Made by a program: the position numbers and the translations under genes. A stretch of 64,000 nt of DNA from the human T2T-CHM13v2.0 reference genome, Homo sapiens, in the NCBI RefSeq assembly GCF_009914755.1, contig NC_060943.1. One strand, given 5' to 3'. Shown here one piece after another: positions 28,198-42,480 of this stretch; within the stretch, counting starts at the first letter, position 1; every line of letters begins with the position of its first letter. The notes below the pieces were generated by a model. That model searched no databases, was not told where the DNA came from, and saw only the letters and a list, made by a program, of their open reading frames with translations.

Positions 28198-28330
28198 CTC
28201 TAACACTCCAAGAAAGGCTGTGTTTGCGGGAAGCATGCAGTTGCTGGCCGGAGTCAAGCTGTGCACGGGAAGGACCCTAACCAACCACCCGCACTATGAA
28301 GACAGCAGCCTGAGAGAGCGGACCAGAGCG
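28198..28330 (+). CDS. DPY19L3: DPY19L3 coding exon 9: SNTPRKAVFAGSMQLLAGVKLCTGRTLTNHPHYEDSSLRERTRA
   Basis: ctttcag|C ... GCG|gtgagg; 133 nt, phase 2-0; hallmark AVFAG.M and NHPHYE motifs of Dpy-19. Confidence 0.97.
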
Positions 28331-28445
28331 GTGAGGCTCCCCAGTGCCTCCCCTCGCTTCTTGTGGGCCAGCTATGGGCTGCGTGTCCCTATGTGTGGTA
28401 AAGATGGGGCTGAATGCTGCACCCTCCAGCATTAGGTTAGGAGGA

Positions 28446-28801
28446 TGAATTAGTCTGTTTTCACGCTACTGATAAAGGCATACCTGACACTGGGCAATTT
28501 ACAGAAGAAAGAGAGGTTTAATTGACTTACAGTTCCACATGGCTGGGGAGGCCTCACAATCATGGCAGAAGGCAAGGAAGAGCAAGTCATGTCATACATG
28601 GGTGGCAGCAAGCAAAAAGAGAGCTTGTGCAGGGAAACTCCCCCTTATAAAACCATCAGATCTCATGAGATGTATTCACTACCACGAGAACAGCACGGGA
28701 AAGACTTGCCCCCATGATTCAGTTACCTCCCACCAGGTCCCTACCACATCATGTGGGACTTCAAGATGTGATTTGGGTGGGGACACAGCCAAACCATATC
28801 A
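28446..28801 (-). mobile_element. THE1 (MaLR) solo LTR
   Basis: Typical THE1 body ending ggggacacagccaaaccatatca; 5 bp TSD-like gagga/gaggg. Confidence 0.9.
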
Positions 28802-28849
28802 GAGGGGAAATCAGAACGTAAGTGCACAGGGCTCGCATCTCCTGGTCCA

Positions 28850-28972
28850 GGACCTCTGCCTGCCCATATCCACTAAGGACGTGCCATTAGACCACAGGTC
28901 CTCCCCAGGTCGGGACCTCTGCCTGCCCATATCCACTAAGGACGTGAGGTTAGGCCACAGGTCCTCCCCAGG
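28850..28972. repeat. 63 bp-period tandem duplication
   Basis: 28850-28909 vs 28913-28972, 56/60 identical. Confidence 0.9.
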
Positions 28973-29109
28973 GAAGAACCGAGAAGACACACGCCTTGAG
29001 ATGTGCAGAAGAGCGCATTTGGGAGCAAAGCTTTTGGATTAGGGAGGGGAAGGAAAAGGCGTTGAGGCATACTGGTCACGTTTCTTATGGACCTTTCTGA
29101 AGTCTGGGG

Positions 29110-29760
29110 TTTTTGTTTTTTAATAGATAATAATACAGTCTCATAGTTCAAAATTCAGAACATACAAAAGGAAATATGGTGAAAAGTGCCTCTCCCATTA
29201 TTGCAGTTCTTAGTTCCCCTCCTAGGAGGCAGATAATGTTAGCAGTTTCTTGTGTCTCCTTCCACAGGTATTTCACACATATACAAATATGCGGGGAGGG
29301 TGGTGCCCCTTTCTCCATTTTTACAGAAGAAGTGGCATTCTACATTCTGCTTCTTCGGCATTTAATGTGTTTTGGAAAACATTCTATATTCAGTATATTA
29401 ACAGCTTCCTTCCTATTTTTAAAGCTGCTTAATATTTTACATGGATGTGGCATATTTTATTTAGCCATTTCTGCTGTTTCCCTGTCTTTTGTGATTATAT
29501 GAACAATGCTGCAGATAAACTTGTCTGCACATCACTCTTTCCAGGCACGGTGTCTGTCTGTACAGCAGATTCTTGGATGGGGAAGTGCTGGGTCAGGGTT
29601 GTTGACATCTGTAGTGTAGATCGAGAGATGTTATCAAGTCCTCTCTCTACAGGTTGTATCTGTTTACATTCAAGTCAGCAGTGCAGGAAGGTGCCTGTGT
29701 TCCTTCATCCTCACCAGTCAGGTTTCAAACTCATAAATGTTTCCTAATGTCACTTTTTTC
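29110..29760 (-). mobile_element. Degenerate L1M fragment
   Basis: tgaacaatgctgc...; ggttgtatctgtttacattc..cagcagtgcagga; catcctcacca. Confidence 0.55.
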
Positions 29761-31074
29761 ATGTTGGCGGTTGAAAAGTTGTTGAAAAAGTCTTGTTTTG
29801 AGGTGAGATTTGACTAGCCTAAAAGCAGATGATTTTTACTAATCTCCTGTCTTGTATAAGAATCATTTGAATTCAGACTCCTGCTAAAATAGGAATTTTT
29901 TGATGGGCTGAAGTGTTCCAGATAGTTCCAAATTAACTAGGAGGATGCAGGAAAGGGGCTCCCTGGCTTTCCAGGCACCAGGTTCATCAGGGGTGGCCTC
30001 TACTGCTTGGACTGGAGACTGCAGAAAAGACAGGTCGAGTGCACAGAACGTCCTGGGCATCTCCTTTCCTGTCTCAGTACTAGGGTTAGGCCCCACACAC
30101 TGACATCCTCAAGGCCCTACGGCTCTTCATCAGGACCCTGGAACCCTTGGAATGCCTTCAGCCTGAGACCTTGTGCTGGACTGTAGGACAACACAGTTGT
30201 CACAGTAACAGCATCCTACCTCCCTACCATTTCACCCATCCATGTGGACACATCAAGTTAGACCCTCAAGCCCAAATCAGAAATCTAGCACTCGAAATCA
30301 GGGTGCAACAAAGGAGGCAGTGCCTCTCTTCATGAACCCCCACATTCAACACCTCACACAGCCTGTTTCCATTCCAGCCCCAGAATCTGGGACGCTCAGT
30401 TTGCATCCATCCACTGAGGGTGTGTGGCACTGGTATGAACGTGAAGGGGGCCTCCTGTGGCGTTGCCCACGGTGTGCTGCAAGTGGCTCTCACCCCTAGG
30501 ATGGACGAGAGGGAGAGGAGCAGTGGGGTCTCTCAATTAGCTGAGATGCGGAGTAGCAGGTAAAGCAGCCAATGCTGCCCCAGCCTAGGAGCAGAGACCC
30601 TACAGGGATCCTTCTCCCCACCTACCAGTTTCAGAAGCTGGGGCTCTGCCTTATTGGGACGTGTGTCCCTCAGACTGTCCCATCACCCTTAATGGGCCAT
30701 TTTAGTCTGGGGGTCCCCTTTTTAAAGGTAGAGACTGTGTCTTATTTACTCAGCCCTGTCATTTACCTTGGGAAAGCAGTCTTAGAATTGGTGCCTACTG
30801 ATGAATATAGTCCTGACTTGAAGTAATACATTCTGAATCCAGATGTGTTCTTCCTGGCTCACTCTCTTCCCAAGGCCGAGCACTCACAGCGTTCTGGGAA
30901 CTTCCACGCACACACTCCAGGCCTGCAAATGAGCGAGTGCAGCGTGGCCTGGGCTGGAGAGAGCACCTTGGGTGTTAGGTCTTAGACTCAGCCCTGTGGA
31001 AGGTTACATCACATAGTTAACTCCCTGGCAGTCAAGTAGCATTTGCCACATTGCATTTTTATGTCTTTTTGAAG

Positions 31075-31233
31075 GTTTATCAGATATATGCCAAGAGGGC
31101 ACCAGAGGAAGTGCATGCCCTCCTAAGGTCCTTCGGCACTGACTACGTAATCCTGGAAGACAGCATCTGCTACGAGCGGAGGCACCGCCGGGGCTGCCGA
31201 CTCCGGGACCTGCTGGACATTGCCAACGGCCAC
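31075..31233 (+). CDS. DPY19L3: DPY19L3 coding exon 10: VYQIYAKRAPEEV...DIANGH
   Basis: tttttgaag|GTT ... CAC|gtgagc; 159 nt, phase 0-0; YVILEDSIC and GC motifs. Confidence 0.96.
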
Positions 31234-32078
31234 GTGAGCATGCTGCCTCTCCCTGTGTGGGGGTCTCCTGGAGGGGCGGGACTCTGATTTGAATCCTAAG
31301 AATGTGAATCTTTTTATCCTTAATGTCTAGTTGAATTACGCTACGAATCAAGTATTTGCTTTTTCTCTTGCTTCCTAGAGAAGCCCTCTCTTGGCACTTT
31401 AGTGACTGCCACCGGGGCTGGGCAAGGGAGAGGTGAGAGGGGAGCCCTGGGTCCCCAGTGTCACACCAAACAGAGCAGCTCTGCCTTCAGCTCATTTGTA
31501 TGATGGGGCTCTGCATAAAATGTATCTGTGAAGGATTTTGCTGCTATAAACAAAACCTCAGCCTTTAAACCCACTGCTCCAACGCTTCGTATTGGCTAGC
31601 TGCTGCATGGCAGGGATGGTGGGGCCCTCCTGCCCTCCGGTCTAGGTGGTGGATTCCCCCTACCCCTCCTGCCCTCTCCTACTGAGTGTCCTGTGTCCAC
31701 TGGTGTGTTTCCACAGGCCGGCTTTCAGAGGCTAAGTTGCACTCCAGAGCAGAAAAGCAGCAAGCCGCTTCTCCCTTCTCCCTTCTGAGGAAAGTGTTCT
31801 TGGAGCTATGCCAGGTCTCAGTAGAGCAAACAGATTTTCACCCTTTAGAGGTGTGATGTGTGCTGTAATTAATGGTATGAAAGCCAATGGATATTTGTAA
31901 ACAAGTTGGACAAAGTGACAAACCTAGCCTAAATTTGAAAAAAAAAAATCTTGACTGTACAGAATTTGAGATTCAGATTTTTGCCCGAGGAGAATCATAG
32001 TTCATAACTGTCTTGAGTTCAGAGGTGGTATAGACCAGAGACATCCATTTAAATTTTGATTTGAGTGTGACTTTTTCA

Positions 32079-32406
<328 letters not shown>

Positions 32407-32469
32407 TGATGAGTTAGAGAGCTTTCTCTGATCACTGTAGTTCTCTGTATTTCATTTCTATGAGAGAGA

Positions 32470-32645
32470 CAGTATAGTATGTTCCTGAGAGCAAGCAGAC
32501 CTGAGTTCTAGTTCTGGCTTTCCCGTTAATGGGATCATCGTGTGACGCTGCACTCTCCTTCTCAGCCTTGGTCTGCACTTCTGAAGGGGGAAAAGGATGG
32601 CCCTGATGATCTCCAGGTGCCCATGGACATTGAAATAATATAATT
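32470..32645 (+). mobile_element. MIR (MIRc/MIR3-like)
   Basis: agacctgagttctagttctggct...tgtgac...gatgatctccaggtgccc. Confidence 0.55.
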
Positions 32646-32754
32646 TAATTTCACTCACATACCATTCTTAAACCCAATACCCATTCCTGCTCCTACTGTC
32701 TTTTGTAAATAGAATTTTCCCCCCAAATTGTATTTGGGTTTGTTTTGGTTTTAG

Positions 32755-32916
32755 ATGATGGATGGCCCAGGAGAGAATGATCCTGATTTGAAACCTGCAG
32801 ACCACCCTCGCTTCTGTGAAGAGATCAAAAGAAACCTGCCTCCCTACGTGGCCTACTTCACCAGAGTGTTCCAGAACAAAACCTTCCACGTTTACAAGCT
32901 GTCCAGAAACAAGTAG
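32755..32916 (+). CDS. DPY19L3: DPY19L3 terminal coding exon: MMDGPGENDP...VFQNKTFHVYKLSRNK*
   Basis: ggttttag|ATG; TAG at 32914-32916; RFC and F..VF.N..F.VY motifs; NKT sequon. Confidence 0.96.
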   Translation: MMDGPGENDPDLKPADHPRFCEEIKRNLPPYVAYFTRVFQNKTFHVYKLSRNK

Positions 32917-35900
32917 CGCAGATTTCTGCCCAGTGTCTATTTTTGATACGGAGAAACTGCATCATGATGAAACTCAATAGATGACGTTTCCTATGTAAGT
33001 AGGTAGCCCAAACCTTCAAGCTGTGATATGAGTAAGTTCTACAGATGTTTACACAAGTGTTGCCATCTTTGAAAGCATCTTCTACAAGCAGAAGTCTTTT
33101 TCGTTGTGTGTCTATCTTTCTCATTAATGTTCTTTAGCCTAAATGTTAACAACTTTCTAAGAGTGACCTAGAATTATGTTGTTGGAGAGAATGATGTGTG
33201 TTCCATGGATACCTGGATAGGCACATAACATGTTGGAAGATGAGCACCTGCTCAGGATTTGAAATACGTTTAATTTTCAGGTGACTTAAGACAGCTATGA
33301 TTGAATCAACTAGAGATGATGATCGACTTATTTAATATGATTTCACTGGTGAAGACCAATTGGTAGCTTTTTAAAAAGCACTTTAGTGTCCTGTTTTACC
33401 TTAAAATGTTATAATATTTTCCAGTTGTCATGCTGTCAACATTAACAAAAAAAATCATGTTAAGGCTTTGTATCAAACATTTTGTTACACTCTGTCTGAA
33501 ATGTAATGTGGAGTACTTCAGCAGTATGTGTCATGTATTGTGTGTGTCTGTGTGTGTGCATGTGCACACATGTGTTTTAATGCTGGGCACAGAAAAGTGT
33601 TACAAGTTCCATATCGTAAGTCCTTAAAGGGGCAGAAATATATGTAGCCAAGTAGAATTTATTACATTTTAGTGTTATTATTTTAAAACTTACTGATACT
33701 CTTTAACCTCTCCTGCAGTAATAGTTTTGCTTTATTTCTTACTCATTTCAATTTATTGGGTTTGCAAAATTTTGTAAACTTTTTGTGTTTTTAGCCTTTG
33801 TATTTTTTACAGCCTAGAATCTTGCAAAGTCTGAATATTTTTTAAATGTTCTATCTTAACTAGTTCACTAATACAGTATTTTTAGCAGACAGCATTTTCA
33901 GACAGCATTTTCATACCAAGTTTGACTTGTGGTCTCCAATCTTACTGGGAAGGCCCTGGTAGTGTAATTCTTTTCCTTATTAAAAGGTAACCAAGTGCCT
34001 CTAAGTCATGCTTATTTGTAAACAACAAAGAAGAGTATATGTACCTGCTCAAAATTTTTTTGATAATTGCTTATATAATTAATTTCTAATGATGAGGACA
34101 TGTAAAAGTTGCCAGTAAGAACATAGTATGCATTTAATTAAATCAAGATGGCTAATGGAATTAACTTTCTCCCCTGTTCTTGCCAGGTGGAAATGATTTA
34201 AGCATTTCTCCTTGCAGTTGTATTGAAGTAAATTACCATAGGCATCAAGATGGCTGCATCACATTTTCAAATGATTTTATATTCAGTTGCTACTTATAAA
34301 GCAGCATTCAAAAAGTCTTTTACACTGTCATGTTGGACACAAGCAGACTCAGCTTTTATCAAAACTTGTTTAAATAAAAAATTGACAGTAGCTGGGTTAT
34401 TAAATTATGCAACTGAAACTCCTGAATTATATCTTTTCTGTATCCCTTAATAAGATTGGAGACCACTGCCGTTTAGGATAATACAATAATAAAACGTTTT
34501 AATCAGTACTAAAACTTTAATTAAGCCAATAATGATGCATGCCTGTTGTAGCTGACAGCATGGGTCAGTACATCCTTCAGCGAGTGCCTTACTCTAATTG
34601 AAACCAAGCACACGTAAGGTACAATATGTTAGACTCTGTGATTTTGTTTTCAAAATCCTCTGTTATGGCTATATTTAAATTTATTTTAAATATTCCTGTA
34701 TGTATTCATCTAAGCATTTGGGCATTTGGAGTCTTAATATACAAGAAACACGTACTTAAATTTTTATGCTTATCACCGCAATGATGGCAAACAGTGATTT
34801 TTTTTTTCATAGTTTAGGTGTCATTGTTGCCAGCACCTTTAGTGCTCAGTCTTCAGTGAAAAATATAAAGTGCCAAAAAAATCTTGCAAGACAGAATCCA
34901 TACTTAACACTCTTTCCAAGACACTGTGACCATGTACAGTAGCTATTTCCTGATGACCAAATCTCTCAACGAATCATGTTATTAATAAATATTTTTAGCA
35001 CTCATCAGTATTCTCCAATGTGACCTTCTCATTGGAGTACACAGAAGGAAAGCAAAGAAGAGCATCTGACTTCTAGCTCTGGCTTACAGCCTCTCTACCA
35101 GGCCGAAGCAAGAGACCCGCGGCAGCAGCTCCCCGCCACTCAGACCTGGGTGGTGATAACCTCAAAGAATGGCTCTGTTTTCTATTGACAGAAAACCCAC
35201 TTGATTTTGCTTCTGAGTTAGCAGTCAGAAGACCCTCTAAGTACAATAGAAGTGCTCTTAACGGACTCTGCCTGTGTGACTCCCAGGCCCCGGAGTCTCC
35301 ATCTCTCTCGTAAGCCACCTGCCACAGCACAGCTGGAGGCTGTTCTCTGGTGTTCTCAGCGCTCCGGCTCCCTCCCTGGAGTTGTGCACCCGTCCCAAAC
35401 TCCTCCATGCAAGTTCTGCTTCCTCTTATAAGTACACAACTCAGTTAAGTATTCACATACACACAGAAAATACGGGTGTGAAAAGAAAGAATTTTCTGTA
35501 AAAATTAAGTTGAATACTTTGGTAAAAAGTGATAAAGGCTGAGTTGCCAATAAAAGTTGCTTTTAAATTAGGTGTGGCTGGGAATATTATAAGATATTGG
35601 GGAAAATATACAAATCAAGAAAATTTCTGAGCTTAGATTGCTTCATAGATTTATTTAAGTACTCATCCCACCTTTAAAACCTCTAAACTGAGAAGAAGGG
35701 ACCCAAATCATGTTATTGGTGTGATTTATGTGAGAAGTAGAACTGTAGTCATTGGACCCTTAGGCAAAGGAAAATCCGTGTCTTTATATCAGAAGATCGG
35801 CAAACGAATGTATATTACACAGTTTAGGTTATGATTCCCTACTTTAACCTACTTACTTTATTAAATGACCAACTACTGATACTGATCACAATAGTTATTA

Positions 35901-36570
35901 GAGATTCTAATTTAGTTGGAAGGTTCTAATCACTTTCATTACAGGCATTTGAAAAATAGGGATTCATTTCGAATATATTAGCCAGGAGCATAGTTAGATG
36001 TTACCCAGGCCATTTATCATCCTGTTAATGATGATTTTCCCGACCCTTGTGAGATCAGCGTGACAGGAGTGTGTGTGTGTGTGTGTGTTTCTGTGGGTGT
36101 GTGGTTTTGGTTGGGTGCTGCCAGGTGGCAAAGGCATATGTAAATACATCTGATCTGCATCTTTATTTCACAGTTAACTAAAAGTAAAAATGTCTATTCT
36201 GATTCCATATTGATTTTGTCTAAGATGTAAAAATTTGAGTTCATCTTTGGCCAAAACCTACCTGAATTAACATACAAAATATTTGATTTTTAAAATTTAA
36301 TTCAAATCTCAAAATCAATTAAGTATTCTCAGATCCTATATCTTGGTTAATATGCTCCCAGATACTTTAAACATGGCAACCTTTTGGCCTAAGAGAATGT
36401 TTGTTCATGGAAAAAAGCTTTTGAGATGAGAGGGTGTCTTACTTTCTTGTGGCAATTGATTTTCTGTTTTAACACCCTTTGGGTAAAATCTTGCAAAGAG
36501 CTTTTATAATTTGTTTTACTGAATTGTATGGAGATTGTATACCAAGTAAAGCTCTTTTAAATTACATAAG
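32917..36570 (+). other. DPY19L3: DPY19L3 3' UTR (~3.6 kb; 3' end inferred)
   Basis: Repeat-poor AU-rich sequence after the stop; AATAAA at 34373, 34488, 34984 and 35549; AGTAAA at 36545 followed by GU/U-rich sequence; interspersed repeats resume at ~36.67 kb. Confidence 0.7.
36545..36550 (+). terminator. Candidate distal poly(A) signal (AGTAAA variant)
   Basis: Upstream UGUA elements (ttgtatgg, ttgtatac) and downstream GU/U-rich gagtgtcttgcatttcttt. Confidence 0.5.
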
Positions 36571-36672
36571 ATGAGTGTCTTGCATTTCTTTGAAGGTCAA
36601 AGCCCAAGGAACCTGCTTGTTGAAGTGCATTAAATATTTGCTAAATAGAGTAAATCACTAAAGGTTAGTGTG

Positions 36673-36914
<242 letters not shown>

Positions 36915-37845
36915 TTGTAATTGTTAGCTTAATTGTGATTGTTATTGTTGAGGGTGTTTATTTTTTAGAATGGAATTTGGTTTGACAGCTGCTTATTTGT
37001 TTCACTTGAATTCCAAGGTTATAGTTTAGATTTATAAGGAGAAGACTACTATCAGCAGAATTTATCCTTGAAGAGATAAATGCTAGTTTGACCTCAAGAA
37101 CAGTTTCTACTTGATTAAATTCTGAGTCTTTAGTAATTCAGGAAGATGGGTGGTAGTGCACCTGCTTGGTTGGAGTGTATAGATAACAAATGTTTGGACT
37201 GTTATGTTCAAAGCAGAAGTTGAAATTTCAAGCAAAAATGGTCAGACAAAATGGAAAAAAACTGGCAGTGAGGTCTCAAATATTCTGTACTGACAGGTGG
37301 TCCCTAGCAAAATAAGAATAATAATATAGATAAGCAGGAGATGTGGGATATGAATGAACTGACATGGAATGGGCTGACATGGACACCAGGCACTTGACAG
37401 ATGAAATGTTTTTTTTCTCTGCCCCTCCTTTCAGATAAGGTGTCTGAAACTCATTTCATAAACCTTTTCGTTATTATTTAGAAGTTTGCTTTATAAGATT
37501 GTTTTTCAAAATGCAGATAATAGAACTATAGTATAATGTGAAGTCAATTTCATGGGTTACAACCAACATTTAAAAGGAAAGGAGGGAGGGAGGGAAGGAG
37601 GAGGACAGCCTAATGTTAAATATAAGTGCTGTTTTGTGGATTATCTATTCCAGTTATAGGTATTCATTTTTGGGGGGTACAATATAAAATATATTTCTTC
37701 CGTGAGTTATAGTCAGGCTGAAAGCCAGGCCTTTATTAGCTGAGGGATTCTGGGAGGATGGCAGCTTGAACTTACCTGTGTCCTTGCCCTCTGTGCTAGC
37801 AGAACTGTCTGAATGAACACTGGTGATATTAAAGAACTAGCATAA

Positions 37846-38484
37846 TGATAGAGAATGGCTGGGCTCCCGGCTAAACCCCACCCTTAAGCCTGGAACCCTG
37901 GCCCTAAGTGAAAACAGCTGACCCTGTTTTTCTGCCCAAATGTTGCCTTTTGGGGCTGCCATGCCCCTATCCTGTGCCCATAAAAAGACTTCAGGTGGCA
38001 GAGCAACACAAGCAGCTGAACAGCAGGGATACAAGCTGCCAACTGGCGGGAATACAAGCAACTGAGCAGCAGAGACTACAGATAGACCCAGCTAACTTCA
38101 GATGTGGCTTCAGGGAAAGATCACCTTCCCACACCATCCCCTTTCCAACTCCCATCCTACTGAGAGCCACTTATATCACCCAATAAAATCCTCCACATAT
38201 ACTACCCTTCAGTCCATTCATGTGACCTGATTGTTCCTGGATGCCAGACAAGGACCCAGGTGCCAGGAGGGCAGGGGCTTGGATGCTGCTGTGGGGCCCA
38301 GCAGAGCCTGCCTCCTGCCAAAGAGGAGCAACTGTCCTGTTCCAGCCTTCCTTCTCTCCGGTTCCTGCACTCACTTGCTCGCATACTCCCTCTCATGAGG
38401 AGCAGCCAGCAGCAGGCTGAGTGAAACAGCCACTCCAGTTTTCACCCATGAAGGGGTTCCCTTGAAGGGAACAGTCCCATCTCA
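37846..38484 (+). mobile_element. ERV1 solo LTR (LTR27/LTR1-like)
   Basis: TG...CA termini, 4 bp TSD ATAA, cataaaa TATA-like box, AATAAA at ~38182. Confidence 0.85.
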
Positions 38485-39261
38485 ATAATTCTTATATGTG
38501 ATATGGACATTTTCTTAAGTTTCTTAAGTTTCTTTAAGGTTCTTAAGTTTCTTTTTAAAGTCCTTATATTTTAAAATATATACTGAAATATTTACAGACA
38601 AGTATATGTCTAGGATTTGTGTCAAAATTTTGTGGGGCATCTAGATGAAACAAATTAACAATGAAAAGATATGGCTTAAGCTAGTTTGGAATTTTTATAT
38701 AGTGAAAAGAGAGAAATTAGACCCAACGAAACAGACTGAAACTAGGAACAAAACTAGGAAGATAAAATTTAGGAGATAGCTGAAATCAATCAATGCAACA
38801 AATAGTAGAAAGGATAAATAAATTCAAAATTCAGTTATTTTAAAATAAAGCAGTTAAACACTGGGCCAACCTGATTAAGACAAAATAGCAAAAATATACA
38901 ACAGTAGAAATGTAAAATATATAATTCCAGAATCAGGGATAATAATAATTATATGAGGATAACATATGCAATTCTGTAACAAAAATAACCTATAGGAAAT
39001 GGGTGACTTTCTAACAAAATAGAAAATGTCAATGTGGCCTGAAAAAGAAGTTGAAAACTTGAATAGACAAAACCCATGAAAGTTCTGGCATGGGGTTCAA
39101 AGGTTGCAAAGGACATTTGGACAAGAAGGGTGCACAGCCAGATTCTTTCTCACTCTTAAAGGGGATGACTCCCAAGTTCACCTAGTCTCAGCCATAGAAT
39201 AGGGAGAACCCCAAGTTTTAGGAAAGCTAGTCCAACTTTAACAACAAAATAACACAGAGAG

Positions 39262-40168
39262 TGTATCAGTTTTCTATTACTACATAACAAATCACCACAA
39301 ACTTTGCAGCTTGAAACAACACACATCTATTATCTCAAGGTTTTGTGGATCAGGAGCTGAAGCACAGGTTAGCTGGGTCCTCTCCTGTCTCACAAGGCTG
39401 CAATCAAGGTATCAGCCGGGCTGCTTTCTCATCTGGAGTTACAGGACCTCTTCCAAGTTCACGCAAGCTTGTGGCAAAATTAAATTCCTTATGCCTGTGA
39501 GACTGAAGCCATTAGCTCCTAGAGGCCACCCCTCTCTAGGCGATTCACAGCATGGCCGTTAGCCTCTTCAAGGCCATCAGAAAGCATTTCTCCAGTTACT
39601 GTTTTAAGAGTTTTTCGGCCGGGCGTGATGGCTCACGCCTGTAATGCAGCACTTTGGGAGGCCGAGGCGGATGGATCACAAGGTCAGGAGATTGAGACCA
39701 TCCTGGCTAACATGGCGAAACCCCATCTCTACTAAAAATACAAAAAATTAGCCAGGCATGGTGGTGGGTGCCTGTAGTCCCAGCTACTCAGGAAGCTGAG
39801 GCAGGACAATGGCATGAACCCGGGAGGTGGAGCTTGTAGTGAGCTGAGATCGCACCACTGCACTCCAACCTGGGCAACAGAGCGAGACTCCGTCTCAAAA
39901 AAAAAAAAAACAAAAAGTTTTTCACCTGGATTAAGTCAGACCCACCCAATATAATCTCCATTTTTGTTAGCTCAAAATCAGCTTGTTTGTGACCTGAATT
40001 ACATCTGCAGAATCCTTTCGCTTTTGCTATATAGCCTCGCCTAATTACCTAAATAGGAGTGGCATTTATATTCATAGGCTCATCCACACTTAAGGGGAAG
40101 GGCTCTGCAGGGCATGTTGTTCAGGCAGTGGGAATCTTGGGGGCCATCTTAGAATTCTTCCTACCACA
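39262..40168 (-). mobile_element. MLT1 (MaLR) LTR interrupted by an Alu
   Basis: tgtatcagttt...acaaatcaccacaaact; ends gggccatcttagaattcttcctaccaca. Confidence 0.8.
39617..39915 (+). mobile_element. Alu (AluY/Sc-like) nested in MLT1
   Basis: TSD aa(g/a)agtttttc. Confidence 0.93.
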
Positions 40169-40192
40169 GACAGTTTAAAAGAACAGGGTCTG

Positions 40193-40503
40193 GGCCAGGC
40201 ATGGTATCTCACGCCTGTAATCCCAGTGCTTTGGGAGGCCAAGGCAGAATGATCACTTGAGGTCAGGAGTTCAAGATTAGCCTGGGCAACATAACAAGAC
40301 CCCATCTCTACAAAATATATTTTTTTCAAATTAGCCATGAGTGATGGCACACACCTGTAGTCCCAGTTACTCAGGAGGCTGAGGTGGGAGGATCCCTTGA
40401 GCCTAGGCGTTTGAGGCAGCAGTGAGCTATGATTGCATCACTGCACTCCAGCCTGGGCAACAGAGCAAGACCTTGTCTCTTAAAAAAAATGTAAAAATAA
40501 AAG
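40193..40503 (+). mobile_element. Alu (AluJ-like)
   Basis: Dimer; TSD-like aaaagaa(c/t)aggg. Confidence 0.9.
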
Positions 40504-41141
40504 AATAGGGCCTGGCGATAACTGAGTGGCAATGGTTAACATAGGGCTTTTGTAAACTTTGACAGAAAGGAGAAACACAAGGTGAATCCCAGGGTTACCC
40601 AGGCTTTCTCCCTTAGAGGATTTTCCAAACTGTGGCACAGGAAAATGGAGCCCAAGCAGAGTATGTCAGGCTTTCTGGAGGAAGCAGATTGGAGTTGATA
40701 GCTGCTGAGGTGGCTGGGGTTTGGCAGGGGTTGGAGGGGCAGAGCACCAGAGAGGAGGGAGTTGGAATAAAGAAAACCTAAGAATTTCCCATTGGGTCCT
40801 TGGTCAGTTCCTAGCCTGCAGAGGCTTAGCAGAGAACATCTGGTCAGTGGCAGAGCTGAACAGAAATTTCAGAGGTTACACAATCCCGAGGAGACACTGG
40901 AATTTGGGTCCAGCTGGGGCTGAGAGACCACGGTGAATCTCCCAGGCATTCAGCTGAGACTCTGGAGAGACTATACCTTATCCTGGGAGTAGAGGCTGTT
41001 ATCCCAATTGCCTGCCAGAAACAAATGTAAATCTGCTATGAAGGATGATAGCCTTATTCATGGCTTCAAATTGTCTTTACACTTTTTATATACACAATGT
41101 AGCACTCAATAAAATAATCAGGAATAATTTTTTAAAACTGA

Positions 41142-41746
<605 letters not shown>

Positions 41747-42057
41747 ATGACTGAAACAGAATTGAAGTAGAAACAGTGCCACAGGCAAATCAAATATTGC
41801 AGCCTGAAGCATAGACTTTAAAATAACTATGTTTATCATATTTAAGACTTTAAATGACAAGAAGGAGAATTTAGGTGAATAACTGAAAACTTTATAAAAG
41901 CAAAATGGAAATGCTAGAACTGAAAAATGCAATGAATTAAGTGTTCACTGTTGGGTTAGACACAGCTGAAGAGAGTTGATCAACTGGACAATAGGTTAGA
42001 AGAAAATATCCAGACTAAAATATTGTGGGCTGGGGAGAAGTTGAAAAACAAAGGAAA

Positions 42058-42480
<423 letters not shown>

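Noticed and set aside
28539-29042. 167 aa ORF with an internal repeat
   Set aside because: It is a THE1 LTR antisense reading plus the 63 bp duplication; a similar MAGEASQS start appears in the other THE1 at 46302.
32458-32658. - strand ORF MSEIKLYYFNVHGHLEIIRAIL resembles a GST N-terminus (KLxYFNxxGxxEIIR)
   Set aside because: It has a GTG start, similarity stops after ~22 aa, and the DNA is the reverse complement of a MIR 3' end. There is no poly(A) or TSD of a retrocopy. Most likely chance; TBLASTN with HPGDS or GSTA would settle it.
33886-33913. 13 bp tandem repeat cagacagcatttt x2 in the UTR, and (TG)n tracts at ~33540 and ~36070
   Set aside because: Ordinary slippage products with no evidence of function.
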